Origin: Candidatus Staskawiczbacteria bacterium RIFOXYB1_FULL_37_44
GTDB taxonomy: Bacteria > Patescibacteriota > Minisyncoccia > Minisyncoccales > Staskawiczbacteraceae
Assembly: GCA_001822065.1 (NCBI GenBank)
Contig: MHPJ01000001.1
Span: forward strand, 6,870-70,869
Direction: 5' to 3'
Length of the DNA stretch: 64,000 nucleotides
A program made the translations under genes and the position numbers. Under the pieces are notes generated by a model. It did no database searches, had not been told where the DNA came from, and saw only the letters and a list, made by a program, of their open reading frames with translations. Below, in pieces: positions 1 through 6,996 of this stretch (within the stretch, counting starts at the first letter, position 1; every line of letters starts with the position of its first letter).

Positions 1-1
1 T

Positions 2-1216
2 TACCCTTTAAGGGATATTGCTTTCGGGGAAAAAGTAATAAATGCCAACAGCTATCATGGCATACCAAAAAAAGACAGAAATATTTGGGAACAAACCCGT
101 TCTTTATATGAAGTGGTTTCAAGATTAAAAAGAGTCCCGCTTATCGGCGACGTCTCTTTTTATATCATGGATACATTCCAGAAAATTTTGACTTATTATC
201 CAAAGAGAGATTTGTCAAAGCCGAATTTTGCGCTTAAAAATATTTTTTATTTCATTAAAAAGGGCTGGGGAAAAGATTTAATTGAACGGTTTAAAAAAAA
301 TCCCTTGCCAATGGTTTCCACTTTTTTTACTCCGGCCTTTATGGCGGAAGAACAAAATTATCCAGGTCAAATTTATTGTGTAATTTGCGATGCGGACATT
401 TCAAGGGCTTGGGTTTCTTTGAATCCTGAAGAAAGCAGAATAAAATATTTTGCGTCAAGCACATGGACAAGAGACAGGCTGAAGCTTTATGGGGTAAAAC
501 CGGAAAATATTTATTTAACAGGGTATCCTTTGCCAAAAGAAAATATTGGAGGCGAAGATATGGAAATTGTAAAAGAAGATATGCGCCACAGAATTTTAAA
601 TTTAGATCCAAAAGGAAAATATAGAAAAATGTATGCGTCGCTTGTTGATGGAACTTTGGGAAAACTTCCCGAAAAATCAAACCATCCGCTGACAATAATG
701 TTTTCCATTGGGGGAGCGGGCGCCCAAAAAGAAATTTGCTTGAAGGCGATAAACAGTTTAGCGGAAAAAATAAAAGAGAAAAAAGTGCGCTTTATAATTG
801 CAGTGGGCACCAGAAAAGAGCTGGCAAAATATTTTGCAGAAAATATTAAAGACATAAAATTTGACAATTGGCTGCGCATTTTATCGTCTGATTCAATTGA
901 CGATTACTTTAAAGATTTTGACAAAGCGCTGCGTGAAACAGATGTTTTGTGGACAAAGCCTTCCGAACTTTCTTTTTACGCGGGCTTGGGAATTCCAATA
1001 ATTATTGCCCCGACAATCGGCTCACAGGAAGATTTTAACAAAAGATGGCTTTTGCATATTGGAGCTGGCGCATTGCAGGAAGATCCAAAATATACGGAGC
1101 AGTGGTTCACCGATTTATTGAATGGCGGGGATTTCGCGGAAATTGCCATGCAAGGTTTTATAGAAATCCAAAAATTAGGCGCATATAATATTGAACGAAT
1201 AATATTCAATGGCTAA
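2..1216 (+). CDS. GT-B glycosyltransferase-like protein (MurG/UgtP, GT28-type C-terminal half); 5' end cut by window edge
   Basis: The frame is open from nt 2 with no stop upstream of the tracked GTG at 113, so the N-terminus lies outside the window. 'SIGGAGAQKE' and 'TKPSELSFYAGLGIPIIIAPTIGSQEDFN' resemble the GT28 donor-binding region. Confidence 0.5.
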   Translation, partial: YPLRDIAFGEKVINANSYHGIPKKDRNIWEQTRSLYEVVSRLKRVPLIGDVSFYIMDTFQKILTYYPKRDLSKPNFALKNIFYFIKKGWGKDLIERFKKNPLPMVSTFFTPAFMAEEQNYPGQIYCVICDADISRAWVSLNPEESRIKYFASSTWTRDRLKLYGVKPENIYLTGYPLPKENIGGEDMEIVKEDMRHRILNLDPKGKYRKMYASLVDGTLGKLPEKSNHPLTIMFSIGGAGAQKEICLKAINSLAEKIKEKKVRFIIAVGTRKELAKYFAENIKDIKFDNWLRILSSDSIDDYFKDFDKALRETDVLWTKPSELSFYAGLGIPIIIAPTIGSQEDFNKRWLLHIGAGALQEDPKYTEQWFTDLLNGGDFAEIAMQGFIEIQKLGAYNIERIIFNG

Positions 1217-2231
1217 TATAATAAAAATAGTTTTAATTTTATCGGCAATAATTTTTATTGTAATGGCCGCGGTTTTTTTTACTTATTTTTTTACCGGCAA
1301 AGCCGAAGTAAAAGATAAAATAACTTTTGGGGTTGACTTTTCGCAGTCTCAAGCAGAATATTTTAAACTTAACTGGAAAGCAACTTATTTGGCGATAATT
1401 AATGATTTAGGCGTAAAAAACATAAAATTGCATACAAATTGGAATTGGGTTGAAGGAAAAAAAGATGATTTTTATTTTGGCGATATTGATTGGCAGATAA
1501 AACAGGCAGAACAAAACAATGTAAAAATTATTTACGTGCTTGGAATGAAAACCGGCCGATGGCCAGAATGCCATATTCCCGGCTGGGCGCAAAATTTATC
1601 AGAAAGCAAGCAGCAAACAGAATTGCTAAAATATATAACAGAAGTTGTGCAAAGGTATAAAAATTCAAAAGTAATTGCTTATTGGCAAGTGGAAAATGAG
1701 CCCTTGTTCAGGTTTGGGCAGTGCCCGGCTTGGTATTATAAAAATGACAGCTTTTTAAAAACAGAAGTCGCTTTGGTAAAATCGCTCGACCCTTCGCGGC
1801 AAATAATTATTTCTGATTCTGGCGAGCAGTCTACGTGGGCAAACGCGGCAAAAATTGGGGACATTGTTGGTATCACAATGTACAGAAATGCCTGGGCTCA
1901 CGTAACAGACACTTTTGGATTCAATATAAATTATGCCTTCTTAAATTCGCAAACTTACGCAAAAAAAGCCCAACTAATAAAACAAATGTATGGTAAAGAT
2001 GTAATTTGTATAGAATTGCAGGCAGAGCCATGGGCTTCCGGGCCCTTAATGGCAACTCCCATTGAAGAGCAGGTAAAATCAATGAATCCGCAAATGTTTA
2101 CAGAAGATGTTGAATTTGCAAAAAATACCGGCTTGGACAAATTTTATTTTTGGGGAGTAGAGTGGTGGTACTGGATGAAAACAGTCCAAAATCAGCCAGA
2201 AATCTGGCAAAGGGCAAAGGCCTTATTCTAA
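1209..2231 (+). CDS. Membrane-anchored clan GH-A (TIM-barrel, GH5-like) glycoside hydrolase
   Basis: N-terminal TM helix (IVLILSAIIFIVMAAVFFTYFF). 'YWQVENEP' acid/base motif and 'ICIELQAEPW' candidate nucleophile strand. Overlaps the upstream stop by 8 nt. Confidence 0.55.
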   Translation: MANIIKIVLILSAIIFIVMAAVFFTYFFTGKAEVKDKITFGVDFSQSQAEYFKLNWKATYLAIINDLGVKNIKLHTNWNWVEGKKDDFYFGDIDWQIKQAEQNNVKIIYVLGMKTGRWPECHIPGWAQNLSESKQQTELLKYITEVVQRYKNSKVIAYWQVENEPLFRFGQCPAWYYKNDSFLKTEVALVKSLDPSRQIIISDSGEQSTWANAAKIGDIVGITMYRNAWAHVTDTFGFNINYAFLNSQTYAKKAQLIKQMYGKDVICIELQAEPWASGPLMATPIEEQVKSMNPQMFTEDVEFAKNTGLDKFYFWGVEWWYWMKTVQNQPEIWQRAKALF

Positions 2232-2349
2232 GCAAACTAAATTTTAGCAAAAACCATTGCCGTTGTCGTGCCGTTAACAGCGATTTTTATTTATGCTATT
2301 TAAATTAAGGTAGAAACAACAGTTCTTCACAATTTTAGGAGGGTTTGCA

Positions 2350-2873
2350 ATGGAATTTTCCTGGACGATCCTGTTTTGGGTTTTTATCGCGAACGCAGGA
2401 TACATGGGGTTTATGTATTTCCTGCAAGCCGTAGATAAGAGCTTGCCTCCGAGGTGGACTTACATCCCCGGCACTAACCAGAAATTCTTGTATGCGCAGG
2501 ATTTTCACACCTGCTCGTGGGGAGGTTTTTTGCAATTCCGTTGATTGCTAATGCATTCGCGCATTTGGCAATGAGCGGATTTGTCTGGTCATGGCAGTGG
2601 GTGATTTTCGCCGTTATTGCTGTTGTGGACGGTCTTGGTTTCTGGAAAATGTGCCTCGGCGAGAACCACAAGCCAGATCAAGGCTATCCTGAAGCCGGCA
2701 AGATAAGCTGGCACGGACTGTCGCATTTGCCATATCACGGCGTGTTCGTGGCAATGTCTATTTTCGTTATTTGGCACATTTTCGTCGGAAACCTACGAGG
2801 GCCGGTGCTCTATGTCGCGTTGTTAGGCGCCATGATATATATTGTGTTATTTGTTGCCGACATTAGGATTTGA
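2350..2873 (+). pseudogene. Polytopic membrane protein of unknown family, split by a frameshift at a T6 run (2526-2531)
   Basis: ORFs 2350-2544 and 2517-2873 overlap in adjacent frames. One extra T would read through as ...CSWGGFFAIPLIANAF.... AGGAGG RBS before 2350 and none before the GTG at 2517. Visibly GC-richer than its neighbours. Confidence 0.55.
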
Positions 2874-2901
2874 GAGTCTGATGGAGTTGTCGAGATCGTT
2901 A

Positions 2902-2936
2902 GCCGTTGAGCCCGAAAGGTCTCGCGGCTTTTTTAT
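2902..2936 (+). terminator. Rho-independent terminator-like hairpin plus T-run
   Basis: gccg..gagccc-gaaa-ggtctc.cggc followed by ttttttatt, directly after the stop at 2873. Confidence 0.55.
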
Positions 2937-2949
2937 TAAATTTTTATAA

Positions 2950-2985
2950 CATCTTGTAAATAGTAAAGCTTTACTAAATACAAGA
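2950..2985. repeat. 36-bp internally palindromic repeat, copy 1 (catcttgtaaatagtaaagctttactaaatacaaga)
   Basis: Identical to 3581-3616. Core agtaaagctttact is a perfect 14-bp palindrome with outer arms tcttgta/tacaaga. Confidence 0.95.
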
Positions 2986-3035
2986 CGAGATGTAAAATAG
3001 AATAGAGAAAACGAATAAAATAATAAAAAGATAAA

Positions 3036-3563
3036 ATGAAAATATCAATTACCGATGAATTTCTTTGGGATGTTTATAAGCTTTTAGAAAAAGCAGGCGA
3101 TGTCGCAGATTCTGCATTTAAACCCATAACGATGAGAAATTATCTGCCGGGAGAAGAATGTCCAATTTTTAAGAAATATAAGCACGATAAAAATAAAAGA
3201 AAATTTAGTAATTTAATGTATTATCTTAAAAAGAATGGTTATATCAAAGCAAAAAAAATAGAAAATGGGCAAGGAATAATGATTACAAAGGAGGGAATAG
3301 ATAAGGCGCTAAAAGCAAGTTTTGTTTTAGACGGACATAAAAAGAGAAAAGACGGAAAATGGGTTATGTTAATTTTTGATATACCTCAAAAGCAAAAAAC
3401 AGCTAGAATGTTGTTGCGAAGTATTTTAAGTAATTTAGGGTATAAATTGTTTCAGCAAAGCGTTTGGATTTCACCTTATGATATTTCAGAAAAAACAGAG
3501 AAATTGTTGCAACTGCATTCCCTGGAAAATTATATTAAAATATTTTTAATTGAAAAGCTATAA
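3036..3563 (+). CDS. PaaX-like regulator (N-terminal wHTH plus C-terminal PaaX_C/Cas2-like ferredoxin-fold domain)
   Basis: 'DGKWVMLIFDIPQKQKTARMLLRSILSNLGYKLFQQSVWISPYD' matches the W-x-[IV]-x-F-D-[IV]-P...R...L...GF..LQ.SVW..P signature of PaaX C-domains and Cas2-fold proteins. Confidence 0.6.
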   Translation: MKISITDEFLWDVYKLLEKAGDVADSAFKPITMRNYLPGEECPIFKKYKHDKNKRKFSNLMYYLKKNGYIKAKKIENGQGIMITKEGIDKALKASFVLDGHKKRKDGKWVMLIFDIPQKQKTARMLLRSILSNLGYKLFQQSVWISPYDISEKTEKLLQLHSLENYIKIFLIEKL

Positions 3564-3580
3564 TATTTTACGCTTATTGG

Positions 3581-3616
3581 CATCTTGTAAATAGTAAAGC
3601 TTTACTAAATACAAGA
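3581..3616. repeat. 36-bp internally palindromic repeat, copy 2
   Basis: 36/36 identical to 2950-2985. Begins 17 nt after the stop of the PaaX-like gene. Confidence 0.95.
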
Positions 3617-3658
3617 TAATACAAATCTGAAGATTTCTAAAGATTCAGTTCGAAAAAA

Positions 3659-3686
3659 TTGACATTTTGTGTTGAGGGTATAATAT
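3659..3686 (+). promoter_or_regulatory. Sigma-70-like promoter candidate for the HD-domain gene
   Basis: TTGACA (3659-3664), 16-nt spacer, TAATAT (3681-3686). An overlapping TATAAT has a spacer that is too short. Confidence 0.35.
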
Positions 3687-3741
3687 GAAAATGTTGCATC
3701 TTGAAAATAAAAACACCTAAATACAATACAGGAGGAGCGCC

Positions 3742-4341
3742 TTGGAAAATCTGATTAAAAGAATCGTACAAAGAGTCAGGCCGATTTATTTTGGCAGCAA
3801 ATTTTATCCAAAGACATGCTTTAAGCACGCTTTGCGCGTGTCAGAGTTTGCAAAAGATTTTTCTGTGAAACTTGGCGCCAGCCGGTTTATTTCCGAAGCT
3901 GGCGGATTGTTGCATGATATAGGAGCTGCAATGTATGGCCGCGATAATCATCATATCACGGGAGCGCAGGAAGCAACCCTTGTTCTTTTGGACTGCGAAT
4001 GCCCGCTGGATGCTGTCGGCCCAATTGTTAGCGCCGTATATTCTCACAGGGGAAGCGAAAAAATTCCTTTCAAAATTCCCGAAGCAAAGTGCGTGGCGGC
4101 GGCTGACGCGAAAGATCACTTCCTGTTTTTGGAAGAAGTGTGGCAGGCTCAAATGGGTTTGGGACGCACAGAATTGGAGGCGTATACAAGAGTTTCAGAA
4201 GAGTTGAAAAACGATTGGGAAAAAACCGATCCCGAAATCAAGCCCTTGCTTGATGGCGCATATGAAAAGGCAAGGCAAAAACTTCTAAAAATCGCTCTTG
4301 CAAACGGGCGCCATAAAAAAAGCCGCAAGGCGGCAAGGTAG
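3742..4341 (+). CDS. HD-domain phosphohydrolase
   Basis: 'HALRVSEFA' ... 'LLHDIG' H...HD motif. TTG start preceded by AGGAGG. GC-richer than the flanks. Confidence 0.6.
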   Translation: MENLIKRIVQRVRPIYFGSKFYPKTCFKHALRVSEFAKDFSVKLGASRFISEAGGLLHDIGAAMYGRDNHHITGAQEATLVLLDCECPLDAVGPIVSAVYSHRGSEKIPFKIPEAKCVAAADAKDHFLFLEEVWQAQMGLGRTELEAYTRVSEELKNDWEKTDPEIKPLLDGAYEKARQKLLKIALANGRHKKSRKAAR

Positions 4342-4348
4342 CTATAGC

Positions 4349-4384
4349 AGCCGTTGGTTTCTCAAGATTTCAGCGGCTTTTTCA
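4349..4384 (+). terminator. Possible intrinsic terminator
   Basis: agccgttg / cagcggct stem (one G-U pair) with a large loop, followed by tttttc. Confidence 0.4.
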
Positions 4385-4423
4385 TTGAATTTGAAAAAAA
4401 ATTAGGATATTATAAAATATATT

Positions 4424-5143
4424 ATGATAAGTATAATTATTCCAGCTTTAAATGAGGAGAAATATTTGCCGTTGCTTTTAGAGTCAATAAAAAAGCAAGA
4501 TTTTAGCGACTATGAAATTATTGTGGCTGATGCTGGATCAACAGATAAAACTTTGGAAATTGCCAAAAATTATGGCTGTAAAATTGTTGGCGGAGGCTTG
4601 CCGGCTAAAGGCAGAAACGAAGGGGCAAAAGTTGCCAGCGGAGAAATTTTGTTTTTTTGCGACAGCGACGTAATTTTAACAGACAATTTTTTTGAAAAGG
4701 GCTTGGAGGAATTTAAAAAAAGAAACCTTGATTTAGCCAGCGTAAGGCTTATTCCTGTGCCCAAAAATAAAGTTTCTTTTTTTCTTGTAAATATTTTTTA
4801 TAACTGGCTGATTATTTTGACAGAAAATATTTTGCCTCACGCGGCCGTGGGTATTTTTGTGAAAAAAGAAATTTTTGATAAAACAGGCGGGTTTGACGAA
4901 ACAGTAAAATTATCTGAAGACCACTATTTTGCAAGGCAGGCAAAAAAATTGCTCAAAGCCAATTTTGGAATTTTAAGATCTGTTGAAATTTTTGTTTCAG
5001 ACAGGCGGTTTAAAACCGACGGCTGGATGTCTGTTGGAACAAGATATTTTCTTTGCGAGCTTTATTCAATTTTTATCGGACCGGTAAAAACAGATATTTT
5101 TAAGTATAAATTTAACCACTATAAAGATAATAAAAAATTATAA
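4424..5143 (+). CDS. GT2 family glycosyltransferase
   Basis: 'ISIIIPALNEEKYLP', 'IIVADAGSTDKT', and DSD in 'FFCDSDVIL'. Confidence 0.8.
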   Translation: MISIIIPALNEEKYLPLLLESIKKQDFSDYEIIVADAGSTDKTLEIAKNYGCKIVGGGLPAKGRNEGAKVASGEILFFCDSDVILTDNFFEKGLEEFKKRNLDLASVRLIPVPKNKVSFFLVNIFYNWLIILTENILPHAAVGIFVKKEIFDKTGGFDETVKLSEDHYFARQAKKLLKANFGILRSVEIFVSDRRFKTDGWMSVGTRYFLCELYSIFIGPVKTDIFKYKFNHYKDNKKL

Positions 5144-5159
5144 AAAATAAAAATTTATC

Positions 5160-6455
5160 ATGAGCATGTATAAATTGCCAGAATCAAATATTCCGGAAAT
5201 GAAGAAAAAAATTATGGAGTTCTCAAAAAACAGAATTTTTTGGGGCGGAGTTTTTGTGCTGGTTGCGGGGAGCGCAATTGGCCTTGGCGCGGGTTTTGCG
5301 GTTTTAAAATATTTTCCTTCGCAAACGCAAGTATTTTTGCAATATTTCCAAGCAAAAGAAATTGCCCAGCCAACAATTAAAAGCCAGCCTGCTCTTGGAG
5401 AATATACTTCAAATGTTTCTTACGAGCAGGCAATAATTGACGCGTCAAAAGCTGTTTCTCCCTCGGTGGTGAGCATTGTAATTTCAAAAGACGTGCCGAT
5501 TTATGAACAGCAATATGTAAATCCATTCGGCCCGAATTCTCCGTTTGAATTTCTAATTCCTCAACAAGTTCAAAACGGAACGCAGTTGCAGGAAGTCGGG
5601 GCGGGATCTGGTTTTATTGTTTCAGCAGACGGTTTGGTTTTGACAAACAAGCACGTGGTTTCAGACAAACAAGCAGATTATACGGTTTACACAAGCGACG
5701 GAGAAAAATATACGGCAAAAGTTTTGGCCTTAGATCCTGTGCAAGATTTAGCTGTGATAAAAATTGAGGCAAATGGAAAAACATTTCAAAAAGCTGTAAT
5801 TGGAAACTCTTCGGGAATACAGCTCGGCCAGACTGCCATTGCCATTGGCAACGCGCTCGGGCAATTTAGCAATACGGTTTCCGTGGGCATTATTTCCGGG
5901 CTTGCCAGGACAATTTCTGCTTCAGACCAAATTGGAAGCGTTTCGGAAACCTTGGAAGGAATTATCCAGACAGACGCGGCAATCAACTCGGGAAATTCTG
6001 GCGGGCCATTGGTGAATTTAAAAGGAGAAGTTATTGGAATCAACACAGCAATGGCGCGGGGAGCGCAAAGCATCGGTTTTGCCATTCCAATAAATATGGC
6101 GAAGAAAGACATTGAGCAAGTTACAAAAACAAATAAAATTGTTTACCCTTTTTTAGGAGTAAGATACGCGCTTGTAGATGATAAAATAAAGCAAAAATAT
6201 AAATTATCAGTTAATTATGGAGCATTTGTGATTAGCGGGAGCAACGGCGAAACCGCGATAACCGCGGATTCTGCCGCAGACAGGGCAGGAATTAAAGAAA
6301 AAGATGTTATTTTGGAAATTAACAAAGAGAAGATTGCTTTAAACAATTCAATGGCAACAATAATTCAAAAATATAATCCCGGAGATAAAATAACTTTACA
6401 TATTCTGCGCGATAATAAAGAAATGGATGTTGACATAATATTGGGTTCGCGCTAA
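5160..6455 (+). CDS. htrA: HtrA/DegP-family serine protease (S1C) with C-terminal PDZ domain
   Basis: N-terminal TM helix. Triad context 'TNKHVV', 'DLAVIKI', 'GNSGGPL'. PDZ-like tail. Confidence 0.85.
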   Translation: MSMYKLPESNIPEMKKKIMEFSKNRIFWGGVFVLVAGSAIGLGAGFAVLKYFPSQTQVFLQYFQAKEIAQPTIKSQPALGEYTSNVSYEQAIIDASKAVSPSVVSIVISKDVPIYEQQYVNPFGPNSPFEFLIPQQVQNGTQLQEVGAGSGFIVSADGLVLTNKHVVSDKQADYTVYTSDGEKYTAKVLALDPVQDLAVIKIEANGKTFQKAVIGNSSGIQLGQTAIAIGNALGQFSNTVSVGIISGLARTISASDQIGSVSETLEGIIQTDAAINSGNSGGPLVNLKGEVIGINTAMARGAQSIGFAIPINMAKKDIEQVTKTNKIVYPFLGVRYALVDDKIKQKYKLSVNYGAFVISGSNGETAITADSAADRAGIKEKDVILEINKEKIALNNSMATIIQKYNPGDKITLHILRDNKEMDVDIILGSR

Positions 6456-6570
6456 ACTAAAAATATGAATCAAATCAGCCGTAAAACATCATTTTGGTTT
6501 TATTTTAGCTTCTTTAAGAAAGAGGTTGGTTTGAGAATTCTGAAATAAAACAAAAGTAATTAGAAAATTC

Positions 6571-6600
6571 AAACGAGCCTCTTTCCAGAGGCTCGTTTTA
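6571..6600 (+). terminator. Perfect 12-bp hairpin (aaacgagcctct-ttcc-agaggctcgttt)
   Basis: Lies between htrA and the small GC-rich ORF. The T-tract is weak, so it could be a terminator or a leader structure. Confidence 0.45.
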
Positions 6601-6627
6601 GTTCATTGGCCAAAGGAGGTTCTTACT

Positions 6628-6882
6628 GTGATAATTAGAATGAAACAAGGCGCGAGTCTGCTCATGGCTGAAGCGAATGCAAAAGTTCTTGCACAAGCCG
6701 GCTTTAATGTTCAAGTCAGAAACGGCGATGGCAATTTTACACTTGCCACGCTGGGTCTTGGAAACCAGTTTTTGCTTCGCGAGAAGCTAATACAGATGGA
6801 AAGCATCGTTGACGACAACAGTCTGTTCAACAATGAGCATGAGAGCTTCAAGGAGGCGTGGGAGTTTTTCCGCGCAAAGTGA
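6628..6882 (+). CDS. Hypothetical 84-aa protein
   Basis: GTG start 7 nt after AAAGGAGG. GC-richer than its surroundings and followed by a clear terminator. No motif recognised. Confidence 0.5.
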   Translation: MIIRMKQGASLLMAEANAKVLAQAGFNVQVRNGDGNFTLATLGLGNQFLLREKLIQMESIVDDNSLFNNEHESFKEAWEFFRAK

Positions 6883-6889
6883 TTCGTTT

Positions 6890-6917
6890 GCGGCTGGACT
6901 TATCCGGCCGCTTTTTT
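6890..6917 (+). terminator. Rho-independent terminator
   Basis: gcggctgg-acttat-ccggccgc followed by tttttt. Confidence 0.75.
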
Positions 6918-6996
6918 GTCTGTCTGTCTTGAAAACGTATTGAAAATATGGTAATATAATAATATAATTTTAATAATTTTTTATCATAATTTAAGT

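Noticed and set aside
339-1209. Minus-strand ORFs 339-695, 511-879 and 976-1209 from the ORF track.
   Set aside because: They lie entirely antisense to a well-supported plus-strand GT-like gene. Their translations are low-complexity and F/L/K/S-rich, as expected from an AT-rich antisense strand, and they carry no motifs.
2350-2873. Treating 2350-2544 and 2517-2873 as two genuine overlapping genes.
   Set aside because: The second ORF has only a GTG start, no RBS and begins mid-helix. A single-base change in the T6 run fuses them into one coherent membrane protein.
2950-3616. Possible CRISPR array, given 36-bp palindromic repeats next to a Cas2-fold protein.
   Set aside because: There are only two repeat copies, separated by 595 bp that consist of a protein-coding gene. 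There is no spacer-sized periodicity and there are no other cas genes in the window.
6465-6548. 27-aa ORF (MNQISRKTSFWFYFSFFKKEVGLRILK) between htrA and the hairpin at 6571.
   Set aside because: It has no RBS, is very short, and is hydrophobic through T-rich codons. It cannot be told apart from chance in AT-rich DNA.
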